Below the pieces are notes generated by a model. It worked only from the letters and a program-made list of their open reading frames with translations. It searched no databases and was not told the origin of the DNA. A program made the translations under genes and the position numbers. This document shows, in pieces, positions 27,341-41,700 of a stretch of DNA of 64,000 bases. The stretch comes from Fimbriosthenelais zetlandica (Eukaryota), in the NCBI GenBank assembly GCA_977030845.1, contig OZ365115.1:31682001-31746000 (forward strand), written 5' to 3'. Within the stretch, counting starts at the first letter, position 1; the number at the start of each line of letters is the position of its first letter.

Positions 27341-30300
27341 AAGCACGGAAGGCAAATTGCCAATTGAATCGATCCCGGAAGATCATCGTGTCTCTGGAGG
27401 AAGCAACTCCACTTCATCTTGTCTGTTTCTCTAATAGTCCTGCCTCCTGAGGCTCCTATACAGCCAAACGAGACCGATACTACTTAGTAATTGTAGTTCA
27501 ATGTCAGGGTGACCAAAAAATCTCTTATATTTTGTCCAAATGATTGAAATATACGTGTCTTTTCCCGAAGTTCAATTTCACATTGTCAGTCCTAAAACAT
27601 AGTCTTGTCAACATGGATCTACATGTTGGCGAAACTCTTATCGGGGAAAATGGCTCAAGTTACCAATAGTGAAACAGAGGAGGCAGAGTGGGAGTGATCG
27701 GTGTAACAATTACCATGCTCATTGTAGTCCAGGGTGGCAGTTGAGATGGTTCAGCACACACATGCTCCGTAAAGTAGCCCCTAGTGTTAACCTCCATAGG
27801 CCTTGGGTACACATCGTTCACTGCACAGCCACAACAAGCACTAATTCTTTATTGAACCTGGTTCACTCTATCTGGAGAACCATAATATGAGCCAACGATA
27901 ATGAAGATAGTAAGGAAACGGAAGTTATATGAACCTGATACCTTCACAACTCACAAGTTGGTATATGAATCAAGCAGTTTTCTCGAGCCTGTGCAGCATC
28001 ATTAAGATATTTGACAAATATTGAAGAGTCATGCTTCTATTAACAATCCTTTTCTAAAAGCATAACCCTTCAGAAAGTCGGTATAGTGCTCGGGATCAAA
28101 TAGACGATGATTATCACATGAACTTTCGAATAACAGCTCGTATAAGAAGTAGTTTCGTAGAATCGAAATGCACAAAGTTCTTCTGAGAACAATGTTCTTC
28201 TGAGAAAGCATTACTTTTGCTAAAGTAGCCAAGATATTTCCAGAAAACAAAAGATGTAGGTGATGACCTAGGACTGTGGGAGGCATGCACAGAGGTGTTT
28301 CAAGTTTCAAGATTATGTTATGGTGAACCTTTCCACGAAAGAAAATTTGGTCCGGGGTGACTATTTCACACCATTTAAATCATTACAATCACGTCATCCA
28401 CATTGAAAATTACAAAGAAAGCATGCAATGTTTGTTGCCGGGAATAACACAGTATGAACGACACAGCTGTGTGGACACGTTACTGTATAGCGAGTAAGAA
28501 TTTTGGGTCAGGTTGAGTATGAGGTGGAGGAGCAGGAGCTGGCAGAAACCGACTCATCATCTGGGGCAATATTTCCTGACAAAGAGATGCTCGAGCTCAG
28601 GCACAAATATTAGCTTTTGTATGAGGAGGGTGCAGCAAGGTGAATCCACAAATAGTCAATGGGAGGGAGAAAGGGAAGGCTGAGAAGAACAATCATCAAT
28701 GGAAGGCTTTGGCATTTTTACACTATTGGTGCCGGGATATTTGAAAAATTTAACTCCTGCTATTGGAAAAAGTCAGTGAGTGATGTCTTCTGAAGATATC
28801 AATATTGGAAGGGCAGCTGACCAATAACCCACTTCCACATTGTTTGGTCATCCATTCACTAATACTCAAAGCTGAAATACAAACAACCAGAATCCCTGGA
28901 TCCACTTTCCACTGATGGAAAATACAGATTCCTAGCAGCTGTTGAAAGGAAGGGAACAGTAGTTTTCCTCATTCATTTTTTCACATGGCTTTAAAATTGT
29001 TCAGGGGCTGCAAAAGTATTAAATCTAAAATAACCTGGGGATATTTGTTTCGGTGTGGTAATGGGAATCTGCTGTTGCGTCGTTTGATGTCTTTCGTTCA
29101 ACAGAGTCAGAGCTATTACATTCTGCATAGTCATTAGAAGATTTTCATATCGAAAATCAGGTTAGCGCGTTTATACAGCGACTTTAAGGCCTACAACTAG
29201 TTCCTTTATCACACATTTGGGGGCTCCAGTTTACAGGCCTCCGGCTAGAGGCGATTGAATAGTGCTTGGAGAGGAAATGCCATCGCCCCCTTCCGCCGAG
29301 CACCATGAACTACTAGCCTCACCTCCTGTCAAAGAAACCTGCTACTTCCGGTAGTGTTTGCTGACCTTCACCTTGACAAAGTCAGGTGGCATCAAAGGCG
29401 TGTTGGGATTGGTTAACTTCCTATGTGTTCAGTATATAAGGGATCTAGAGCTTGTTCTATGCTATATACGTACCGAGACTTTTAAATATTATAAAATATT
29501 ACTTATTTACATAATAGAATTTGACATAACATGAGGAAATTCAGGCGAAAAAGGTTGGAACATATCCTTATATATTTGATTACCAGGTTTAAAGCTACGG
29601 ATTCTTCTCAAGTAAGCTTTTCAGTTGTGTTCTAGATAGAAGATCCATAACAATAGAGAAATATGACTTGGAACATCTGCGAGACATGTGATGATTTAAA
29701 AAACTTGCAAGAGGAAGCCAAGTCACTCTGTGAGTCGGGAAATACCTGTATTATCGCTCATACAAAAGACATTCTGTAGCTTAGTGGAGCGAGCAGCTGT
29801 GCTGTGCTACTACATACATCTACAACGTGAAAAGGTATCAGGAAGTTAGTGTCGTTAATCCATTGTGACCCCGCCTATAGTTAAAGGTGGATGTCAGCGT
29901 ATATAATATTATGAATTATGACCCGAGGCCTGTGCAATGTCACTGGGAGGAGAGCTGTGGCTGGGGGTGGGGTCGAGATTTAACTCATATGGTCATTTGA
30001 AACTTGTTGGGATTGATGACAATGTCTGATCTGATACATGTCCAAACAGGAATCTTTTTGTAGCTAAATGTTCAATGATTTTTGTATAAGTGAATTGACC
30101 ACAGAGCAGCAGCATGAAAAGGACACGGAAAATCCTGGTTAAGAACCAAAAGGGGGGATATATCCGCACGCAGGAAGGTGAATCAGGGTGAGAGCCATCT
30201 TAATGTTGTCTGATGTCAAAGGTCCTTACCAGCCCCATACGTACAGGTTAGTGGGTGGAAGCTTGGATATCGAGATTTGATTTCCTGTCTATAGAGGACT

Positions 30301-32233
30301 CTCTGCAGCAGAATATTACTTGATTGGATGTGACACTTTATTCACAGAATGTTCCAGACTCGGAGCAACCTGGGAGCATCTGCCTTTTAGGGCGCATATT
30401 TGAGCATAACTGAAAGTGACAGGTTGGTGTCTGTCTTTTGAGGCCTCGGACAAGCCGGGGCCAAGCTAGGCTTGCTGTATTTTCAAGCTGGGCTCAAGTC
30501 AAATAAGGCATCGTAGGGTCTATATATTGGGTCTGCAAAAGTAAGAGAATATTACTACAGATAGATAAAAGGGACCTATGTCCAATGTACCCGTAACGCT
30601 GGTTTAACTGTGTCTACATCAATTAATATAGTTTTATTCAAGCTCTTTAGAAACACATGGTATCCTGTTACATCTTTTTCGTAAATCGAGAGTCATCTGA
30701 CCAGATGAGGCCATAGGTCTTGGTCATTCTGACAGTTCCCAGAATACACCTGGCCCCATGATAGTTCTGAGACCATTCTCAAGAGGGAAAGGGCAATCAT
30801 CTCAAGTTTGTTATTAGGTTACTCTGACAACATAACACATCGTCTCGGCTCAACGAGATTTGGAAAGACATAGCAAGTGAGGTAATCTCGTTTTCATTCC
30901 TGGGGAAGAGGGTTCACCAAGAGGTGTTTATTTGCCACTGCTCTGTTGACCTTTTGCATATTTGAAAAATCCCATCAAATGAATCCTATATTTCATCCTT
31001 CCAGCTGGAGAAGTTCCTTTTCTCCCCACCTTGAGGACTCTTGGAACTTGGGAGTCTTTATCACCTATGGTGTCATACACGTAAAGACTGACCTACTCAC
31101 CTTGTAACGGCACGTATGCGTGCCCCTCAGCCGTATACAACATTCAATATTCATAAACATCCTAACGGCAACAGCTGCGTGTGCTCATATTCGTCTTTTG
31201 CTGGAGCCAGGAGGAGAATAGCTTTGTCGATACAGATCGCGTCAATTATCAAGGGAGTTAGCTGAGATGCTCCCATAGAGGTCTATAGACCCCCACGGGA
31301 GCATCTACCCGACATGCACAAAGGGAATACATTCTATAGAGTCTGATAGTTTTCCCTGTTTCTTTGGCTAGAGGAAGATCTTCCCGAACATTTACCGACT
31401 TTCTTTTGTATCCTTTTTAATCTTTTGGATTCATGGATGCTATTTCATGGTCACGGTTTATCTTTTCAACTCAGCAATCTTTTATCAATTTGTGTATGTT
31501 CATGATGATTCTACCACGTGATAGGTCAGATGACCTAGGGTTTCGAGGCCGAAGACCTAGCATGAAGCATGACGGATGAATTTCTCCTTAGTACATCATA
31601 CTTTAGACCAATGGATTATATAGAGCTCAGAAAAAGGGATTTGGATGATCTAATACGAGATAGTGCACTAGCATCAGCCTTATGACATGTGTCAGAAAGT
31701 ATTAATATCATCTAGTTCTGTCCCACCCATAGCCTACAGGTATAGCTCCAATACCTGGTAGTTAATGTGACACAAAGTCGTTCTGTACAGTGACAATGAC
31801 TGTTTACCCTGCAGTATACTATAGTCTTAATGGGGGTACATGGGTCACAGGGATTAAAGGGGAAAATGGAAATGCAAGGCCTCATTATTACTAATTCCAT
31901 ATTCAAGGAGCCGTTTAGAATATGCGTTGCATTTGCCAATTTAGTAAGTCTCTGGGCTAATGTAGCACATCTTCATGTGAAACAGGCCCCAGGTGTGGCG
32001 AATGTAGCCGTACACAAGACCTCAGAGTCCAATAAGGATGAAGGGAGTGTTGGCTGTAGTGTGCCGGGACATCAGTAGGAGTCCTCTTACCAAAGTCGAT
32101 CCATTTGCAGATGAAAACAGATGAAAACATCAAGTAAGCCCAAAGCTCCCTCCACACGCAATGCTGTAGCACGCATACAGTCCATATTTCCAATACAACC
32201 CCAGGCTAAGTTGCGTAAAAGCTTTTTTGTGGC

Positions 32234-32260
32234 GGGGGTGGGGGTGGGGGTTGTATTGGG
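32234..32260 (+). other. Canonical G-quadruplex motif
   Basis: GGGGGtGGGGGtGGGGGttgtattGGG. Confidence 0.6.
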
Positions 32261-35200
32261 AGGATGTCTGGTGAACAGCCAGCATCCCAAGTCAATGGAG
32301 ATAGCATGAGGTAGGGATGAACTGATGGGGCCAGAAGGCATGATCTAGGCCAAGAAACTTTGCCTGTTTCACAAATACATGTATTATGATGTTAAAGCCC
32401 TTTGTTGAGAGAAAACATCATTATCTTAACTAATTGAACTTAATTTGTGTGCCTTTCTAATAACCTGTACTGGCCAAGGTGTTAGAACACACATCAAAAG
32501 TATAGGGCAGAATGTTAAGGACTTACATGACAGTGGCTTAATAGTTTTCTAGGCGCCTCTGCCTGGCGATGACAGTAAGAAATCCGCCAGGAGGCATTGT
32601 TGTCTGGCTCCATATTCTCTGACATTCATTGCGTGACGTCACACCGGTTGTTATGACCAAGGAACTTTGCTCCTTCGTTGGGTGGAGTTGTTGAGATCTG
32701 AGCTAATGTATTATATCCAAATTATGATATGCCATCATTATTCATTTTAATGCCCTTTTCTTATCCAAAGTACAGAAAGATATTCCATGCTAAAAGTGTA
32801 CAAGAAGCATAGTAGGCCCTTTATGCATAGGATAATTTCAGTTAATAATTTTACTGAATTGGGTTCAAAGTCACAAAGGGCAAATGGATATCTCCCATTT
32901 TGACTCAAATTGACTGAAATACATCTTGGCCAAGTGCAAATTTTTCTTGAAACCTAGCTCGCCTCTCCCCCAATTTCACTGACCTTCTCTGTGCTATTAT
33001 ACGCTGTATATTCATTCCCTTAATAGCAAATTAAATCTGTGCCTTGACCATCCCACCTGCGTGGAAGACATGAGATTATCTCAAGTTGCTAGATATCACA
33101 AAGGAAGCTTTCTTTGAGATCCTCCACTAGATCTGCATCAGTCACCAATGGTGAAAGGAGAGATTAAAACTAGACAGGAGCAGGTGCCTCGGCAAGCCAA
33201 GGTAATTATAAACGTCATGAGTTATGGCCTCTTTAGAATAAATCTGTTATATCTCTATCAGCAAAAACCCCTGGACAATTAAAGGAATATCATATATTCT
33301 AACTTTATTATTGTCCTATTGTGTATAATGTACTTGTCTTTTTCATAAATCTATTCACTTCCTGCGATGCCAAAGTACAGAATCGGCATATGTTCAGCGA
33401 GGTTATTTAATAAATCGCACAATAAATCTTGGGAAGACTCATCAATATCTTAGACGTGAAATTTGATGTTTGATTGCTGGTAATCAAAATACAGTACCAC
33501 TGAAACCTCATTAACAGCAGGCCATATTGGCGAAACACCGAAAGCTGCTGCCAAATTAATACATGTTCAGGGGCCTGGCTGCAATCATTCCGCATTGCTG
33601 GCAAAGTCATTCAGGGTATGTATAATTCATGTTCTGGCCCCAGGGACGAGGGCGCATGCGTGGAGTGAATGGGAATTAGCTTTGAAGACAAAGGAGGGCC
33701 CGTGTACAATGTTTGGAAGAGATGGGTGAGGACGGGAGTGTGATGGGTGTGTTAGTTCTTTGGGGTTCTAATCTAGGCTATTTTAGATGACCACTGAATT
33801 CCCATACAAAATGCTTTTCATGGCGTTGGATATAAATAGTAATATGGAAAGGGAGAGGGATTTCTTCTGTTCAAATCTTGAATAATACTATCTCATTTTA
33901 TCAATATCTGACATCTAGGACAAAATATGATACAGTACTAAATCATCTGTATCGCTAATGGATTATTCTGATAAATTAATATTTCTTCTTCTATATAATG
34001 GAAAGAAATTGTTGTTCAGAAATGTTACTGGTGACATTTGTCCTGGGATCGGATTTCAATGTCACAGAGAAAATGCAAAGGTCTTGGGGTCCTACTGTAA
34101 TGAACCCTGCACTGTTCTCCGAGTTAAAACTCATTGTTTGAAAACATATGTAATGGGATGTGGGTGTTATTTTGAGGTGGCTTTCCTATTCTCTGCACTA
34201 TCAAAGGTCAACATTGTGGTGGCATTTACTCTACACCTTACAGTAAGGAGCGACTTTTTTAAAAGTTGGACTTGGAGGTATAAGTTCCATTTTGGGTTTG
34301 AATAACTTTCTCTTGTCAGCTGGCCATTTCCCATGGCTGTCTGCATGTAGTTCTAGTTTATAGATAATTCATTCAATTTATCTCACTCTTATATGTCATA
34401 TTCAAAGTCTTTGTTGAAAACTTCTGTGTTCGTTCTCAGGACTAAAAGTTTCCTTACTGCCCAATCTGACTTGAGAAAATATTCTGCAATATTTTGGTCG
34501 GGTGAGGACAGCATGGAAGGTGAGTTTGGAAACCCCGAAATGAGCAGCTGTAAAACTAAAGATGTGTGGTACAGAAGCAGAAAACGGAGCAAAGACTGCG
34601 GAGAAAACGGGCGTTACTGTTAACAAAAGAAAGACAGGGAATAGTGGGGGCAGGAGCACATCCAAGATAGACAATACATTAAGTATTCCCTCTGAGACGA
34701 GATGACGACACACTTCTGAAAAGCTACCCATGCATTATATATGAAAGCTTTCCCTCCTAGACCCTCTAACACTGAGGCTTTTATCCTTACAATTAGAATA
34801 GGCCATTGCACGAAATGTGGTAGGCCTACAATACGCCCCCCAATATGATCCTAACTTCATTTTTCCTTCAATTAAAATGAACAGCGACATTATTATAAGA
34901 ATCAAACTAATCTAATAAAGGACATGCTCTGAAATTCAATACATGAATTATATTCAAATACATGGAATGGATCGAGCCTACTTTTTCTATGATTACTATT
35001 ACATAAAAAAAAACGCTGATTTAAATTTAGAAGGCATACCTTTAGAGAACAGCCTCTATCGTGCATTAGGTACGTACTAACATGATACAGACTAATCAAT
35101 AAAAACTAACAGGGATGTTTTGCTTTGAATGGGGCTGAACTGAGGACCTATAACTATATATCAGGCAAAATCAGAGATGATAGGACTAATGCTGCTTTAT

Positions 35201-36093
35201 ATGCCTGGACGAAGTACTTATGATATTATATTATTCGTGTTCGGATGCAATTTATATTGATAACATCGAACAATAATAATATATATACCTGGCACTGCAT
35301 CCACATGGAATTGATCCAGTGGATTGTTTCATAGTACCGAATGCACAGCATTGGCCAGTGCTAAATGCACGGGCTAATAAAGTTAAACATTTTTTTTGGA
35401 AGCAGGCCCTGAACGAAACCTATATATATCATGCTACAATAACAATGATTTCAGAACAGTAATATCATTATAACTGTTCATAATTTGTCCAAATTCGATT
35501 CCAATACTTGTTTTTATAATAATTCAGTTAGAAATTTAGTCCTATGTATAGTATATTATATAGTACTATATTTTAGTTTTGTCTGATCAGGAGAGTCCAG
35601 ACTCCATGGTGAATGGCAACTAATTTTTATCTTAGACACGGGTAGATAACTATTGTTTAAAATAAGTATAGATCTTCATCCTTCGCTGAAAAAGACTAGA
35701 CACATTTCACCTATGTGGAAAGAATATGAATGCTGAAAATGGGCACAATATTCAATGAAATAGCTACCATAGCTTCCTCGCGCACCACATGCATAATGAG
35801 GCAAATCATAGATTATATCAATATACCCTGATCGGGTCAAACACACAAACACCTTCACATGCCCTTCATCCAATAACAACTTACCACAGCGCATATAGTA
35901 GCCCACAAATGTCCCTCAGTATTCCACCAAATTCTAATAACTAATTCTAACATCTAATAATTCATAACATCAAAAAGCATTCATGGTAGGAGGTAGCCAG
36001 TCGGTGAAGGAATGCAGGAGGCTTTTTTTGAGGGGGTGATCATACATATTTTGTCTGCATACATCTTGTGAATGAATTATGTTGATGTTTCAG

Positions 36094-36200
36094 ATCCTCC
36101 TCCTCCTTCCCCTCCCCCCCCCCCCCCCCACCCCACCTCCCCCTCCTTCTGCTCCTCATCCTCCTCCTGCTGCATGGCCTCGTCCTCCCTCCTCCAGTAG
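36094..36200. repeat. C-rich low-complexity tract, (CCT)n plus a C16 homopolymer
   Basis: C run at 36114-36129 flanked by CCT repeats; the minus strand is G-rich. Confidence 0.9.
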
Positions 36201-37123
36201 TCCCACCAGCGTTCACCATGGAGGACGCTGAACGCCGGTATCTTTGACCTTCAGGAGAACGCACTGCCTACCATCTACCTGCAGCCCCTCCAACTCCCCG
36301 CAGGAAAACACTCTCCCTTATCTTCACCTTATGATAAACAATTCCCACCCCAAATTTTCCTAATTGATACATGACAAAATAGAGTGGGAAAGTTTTTTTT
36401 TCATTTGGGAAAAGTCAGAAAATAATAATTTCTTAAGGTTGGGGAAATGGCTGAACATAGATCGGTACAGGTGAGGGAGTTGAATTCAGCATTTTGACTT
36501 GTTCGGCCGAGTAATGGATTTTGATATCTTAATGTTATGTTAGTAATAATAATTCTATTAGCATTTGTGTACTGTTTTGTCTGAGTTGATGAAGTGTTGA
36601 GTGGGTGTATTGTATGATCAGGGAAGCAAGGTATGACCTACCTGCGCAAACGTTCTCCTACCATCCACTTCCACCTCTGAAATCTACTTGTCATCCTCGA
36701 TTGGAAATACTGTTTTCCAAAACAAAAAGCTTCGACCGTCGGAAACAACAATCAAGGACCAAAATAAATGAATAGATCCCAACCGAGAAAAGAAATCGAC
36801 AACAATGCTTTCTCCTGATTAATATGTGTTGGTCTCTCGGGGAAATGTCGGTCCAAAGTCACCTTGGATTGTTGATATACGAAAGCCACAAATGGTAAGA
36901 TTCGTTCCCAGGTGTCCCGAGATGTGCCTGAATCTTCAAATATTTTCCTCTGGGGTCATAGGTAGGCGCACCTTGATATACCAGCCTGTACCTGTAACTG
37001 GAATCAATCAGGTTATTATTCCTGGCCTCCTGGCTTAATTGTTGTCTCAAGTGACTTATCGATGGTTGTTAATGACATGAGAAGTGGGTGTGTAGGGTAT
37101 GTGCATGGAGGTCGCTGGAGCGA

Positions 37124-37165
37124 TCTCTCTCTCCCTCTCTCTCTTCTCTCTCTTCTCCCTTCCTC
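37124..37165. repeat. (CT)n-like microsatellite / polypyrimidine tract
   Basis: tctctctctccctctctctcttctctctcttctccctt. Confidence 0.9.
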
Positions 37166-38772
37166 CGCCTCCAGTCTATCAACCAACACACCTATGGCAG
37201 GTTGCCCCACCACCAAGGCCTGCTTCCCAAGTACTCCAACAAACCGTCACCACCACACTACCATGCACCTCCCACTCTCTCCACCTTTCCCTCAGCCTAC
37301 TTGAATGAATAATAATATTAATGGTAATAAAGAAAATTATCTCCTCAAAGGAATATTTCTCATTTCGCTCTGCTTTGATTTTGGTCTATAGAGAAAGAAG
37401 AATTTTGCTATGATGGTGGCATTCGTTCACCTATAATCTGGGGTCAATGATGGGTGGTTGGTTGAGGGTGGGTGGGTGTTTGGAGGGAGGGGGAAGTTTC
37501 CGAACACAGTCAATGCACCAAGATGTAGCGGATGATGATGGACACTCCTCCAGGGCCTCCAGTATGGGAGGGGGGGTTTACTTGGTCATGTGGTATGTAG
37601 GTTTCGTCTTTCTCCTCTTGCATGCTGCAGCAGGAAGGTAGGTGAGGAGAGATGGGGGCATAGGACGGAGAGGGAGGAGGTGTGCCAGCGCCAGAGTTGG
37701 AGTTGGAGTTGGCTACGGCACCGCAGCGCCATCAGTGGCCACTTGTTCAAGTGCAGCAAGCGTCCCAATCAGCGTTCAGGTTTAAATAGAACATACCGCT
37801 ATAGCTTGACTGGCTTGAGAGAGTGTGTGAGTGTATGTTGGATATATATATAGTATTGGATAGTTGCATGGAAAAATCCCATTGTCCCACAACAGTTTCT
37901 ATTGGATTCTAAAATATTACCAACATTACATATGTTAATGATGTTATGATGTATGAATAATACGAAGTCAAACTATTCAACCCTTAGTATACACAGGGGA
38001 ATTATAATGTGTTCTCTCCTATATGAAGAATAAGGAAATACACATTTTCGAATGGCAAATATTGTTATCTGAGTAGTGAGCATTTGAGAAAGCGTATGTT
38101 ATTGGAAACTATAGTTTAACATTAGTAGTAGTACAGGGAAATGAATAATTTCTTCGGGTAACCCATTATATGGTGAGTAGTATAAGTAATGTCTATAATA
38201 ATTCTATACTATATGAATATCAACCTATATAATATATATTGTTAGTCCAAAGGCTGTCGAGTCTTAAAATAATACAAAGAAGATAAAATATGACACTTGG
38301 ATTCTGAACCACTGTAAATTCATAAATGTTGGCCAGTTTTACAAGGTCTGACTGTAGGCACAAGCTTTTATAGGACAGGTCCCACTTTAGCCCTTGTATA
38401 AATCAAGGCTAGGCCTAATCTACTGAGCTGATCAAATATTTAGAGGTATTCGCAGACCGGACCAGATCACGCCATCGTATTCACGCTTCCTCTCGCTCTG
38501 CATCATTGCAATCACCAATCACAATCAAGTAAAGACTCATAGCTCCACGAGAAAGATTTCTCCGTGAAACATGACTTTCCTCAGTCACTTGACAAGTAAT
38601 TTCGATTGATGAATTATTTCCCATATATATGATCCCTCACTTGAAAGACAGGTAGAAAAGATTGCCTCTGACATCCAATGCATCATTTTTGTTTCACATG
38701 TTTGACGTTTCACATGTAATGTGGGACATTGAAAAAAAAATACTGAAGGTATAAGAGCAGCAGGTCATATAT

Positions 38773-38793
38773 ATTTCATTTCATTTCATTTCA
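38773..38793. repeat. (ATTTC)4 microsatellite
   Basis: atttcatttcatttcatttca. Confidence 0.9.
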
Positions 38794-41700
38794 CTAGTAT
38801 TAGTCACTCTATGGGTGAAAGAATCTCTTTGAAGGTCAAAATTGTCTTGAGAAGGCCAAGTCAGTGACCTCAAAGTCTTGAAAGATCTCGATGTTAGGAT
38901 TTCAACAGATGAATGCCAACTGAATAATCAAGACATTCTTCAAATGAACCTAACAAATGTCAATTATGCATATGATGTTTCTATCCAAATACAGAGGCAG
39001 GCTGATGCTGCGATATTCAATTCACTATATGACAAGTGCATAACAGTGTTCCTGATCAATGCATAGTTCCTGCAGGCTGTATAAGCTTTTCAGGTAACAC
39101 TAACACATACTAAATGCAATTTGGAAAATCTTGATGTGTCAAGCACTACTGATTTGAAGTATATAGAAAAAACAGATTATCAAGGTTATAGACGAATTTG
39201 CAGCCACTACGACCTATGGAAGGTCTAAGCTTTCAACGAAGGGCATCTCGTAGAAGAAGGAACGGAGGGCCCTTCTCCGGCACCCCGGTCTCCACCAGTG
39301 CTGGTAATGGTAGGGTGTAGCCTTGCTGGAGCCAGCTATATGGCTCCACCAGCTGCCAGTGAGCAACAATGATGATAACACACAGATTACGCTATGGAAG
39401 CACAAATTTCAGTATAATTTTACAATATATAAATGTATATATATGTGGAAAATGTATAGTGTCTATTTAAATTTAGATACAATATCCCAGGAAAAGCTAA
39501 GGAGATGGCGTATCTAAAAGATTTAATTCAAAACGCAGCAAGGAAGGCACGAGAACAAGTCAGGGATGCAAATAGCACCAATGCTGCTGAGTCAGTGTGC
39601 GTGAGTGCACCAGTTACCGTTGTGTAAAGCCTGTCTGCTATTTCTGAATGGTGTGCGTATATGCATAGGTGATGTGCCAGCTTAAAGCCAAGTTCACCTG
39701 TCTGATAGTACCACACCCAGATCATCTTCAATCCAGCATCATTATGACCTTAGAAATCTTAGACCTCATACGTTTTGCATAAAATCATGCATACAGAAAA
39801 TACATTCACATTATTACTATACATGTATTGAAACAGCGATAAGATTTTCTATGAACATTGCATTCAGAGTTATTAAAGGATGGAGTTGATATATGTATGA
39901 GGAGACTGGCAGTGAGGAAGTGGGGACTTGGAAGTCAACGCCGGGAGGAATAGGGCAATGATTGCCGGTCTCTAAGGCTGGAATCGCCGGGGAATCTTCC
40001 TCCTTCACCCTAACTACAAAACCAAAGATGCCACAATGCCCCAAAGATGTTGCAGCAAGGTATCCCATAGAAAGATATGAATTACTGGTGCTACTCATAC
40101 ATTATTTAAGCAAGAATGCATTACTATTAGATTTATCTCGACTTAGAATTCATGTCATACAGTACTTGGCTTTTGCTAGAGATTGTAATTGTATGTGATA
40201 TAACATCATTAATTTAAAATCTGACTTTTCTCATTATGTAATGATAATGAATTATTGAGCCTAATTGTACATTATGTATGATTAAAGATCTCATACAAAA
40301 TTCTAAGTGTGTATCTCATGGATATACTCACTCAAATTTTGACAAGACTAACAGCAAAATATATCAAGTTCCAATTATGCTCTCCGTCCATTTTCTGTAC
40401 AGCTTTCGCCTTTTATCTATGGGTGAAATCAGACAACATGGAAAGGAATTTGAAACTTCTTCTCCGGGTACATAGAACATTCAAGAGACTGACGGAACAA
40501 GGCCTCACGGGAGGGAATGTCGAGGGAACTCCAGCTTGGAAGGCAAGGAAGAAAACTCTGCTGACCAATCTGAATAATCTGTGAGTCTGTCTATGTCTCG
40601 CCATGGTAAATAACGCCCACCGTGAAGTGGATTAGGCAGTATATCTATACGCAATACGTACTGATAGTCAAAGTATGGTACTGGAGCGGGCCATCTGAGG
40701 GAGCAGTTGCAACAGAAGCGGATAGAATGAGAGACAAGGGCTAGGGACAGATGATAGGGAGGGGGGCAGGTGCAGACAAGGGGAGTGAGAGGGAATCGGG
40801 GTACGTGAGCGTGTGGGTGAGTGAGCGAGTGAACTAGTGAGTTAAAATTGTGTGGGAGGAAAGAGGTGGTCAAGTGAATATTATTTATGCCCGATAAAAG
40901 AAACAAAACCGACAAGAAGTGAAAATTCCTCCTCCAAATCATCAATATCACTATAATTATAGGACCTCAACAATTAGTAACCTTTAAGACATCTTACTCC
41001 AAGGCATTCATTAGAATGTTTCGCCTCTGTAAGGCCCTTCTCAGATCATTTCACTTCAACAAAAGCACCAGCCACTTATTTACAGACGAAATGCCTTCTC
41101 TTTTCCACCCTCACACCCTTTCCCTCCCTTAAGTACCCTTCTCACCGTCTCTCCTCTGTTCGCGGTTTTCGTGGGACTAAAGAACTAATTATAGTTGCCA
41201 CCGTTGATGGGAGGGGTATCGCTTTTGTATTGCTGAGCAGCCCTTAATATTGCTGAGTGCAATTTTCTGTTCACATTTTCCTATCTTGCCATATTGGCAG
41301 CCTTGAGATATGCTGAATAATAGAGTGAAGAGAGGTGAAGAGTAAAAGACATTGGAAGATTATATATATTGAATGTAACTTCAAGTGCGGATAACTTTGT
41401 GTTGAATCAAATGGTCACGAACAGAGAATCAACCGCAGAATTATGCATATCATTAAGATGACATTACATTACTGTACCACAAACCTCTAGCAATACACGG
41501 TTTAATACCTTATAGCATATATAAGATGATGCTGAATCTAACGTTCATTCACACGAACCACAGTCACTACCCACAATAACTCTGAACTCTCGCATTTCTA
41601 ATGGGAAGTCTCATGTGGCGAGACTTGAACGAGAGTGTCACTTTACCACCTCTCCACCAGGTGTCACCTTGCTGAGTCAGAACCCTTGCCCTTAATGCAG

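Noticed and set aside
26968-27450. Longest track ORFs (160, 108, 94, 83 aa, overlapping)
   Set aside because: Open only because a C/T-rich tract lacks stop codons; products are low-complexity P/S/L/F (or G/K/R on the other strand).
29777-29787. tRNA A-box-like TAGCTTAGTGG (a similar word occurs at 47717)
   Set aside because: No B-box or cloverleaf downstream; the 47717 copy lies inside a coding exon.
33958-34501. Cys-containing plus-strand ORF (ICPGIGFQC...) and nearby exon-like segment 34440-34501
   Set aside because: Does not fit LDLa/EGF Cys spacing; splice phases do not link; treated as chance.
40505-40951. 148-aa minus-strand ORF
   Set aside because: Runs through a purine-rich (plus strand) low-complexity region; no domain features or consistent splice sites.
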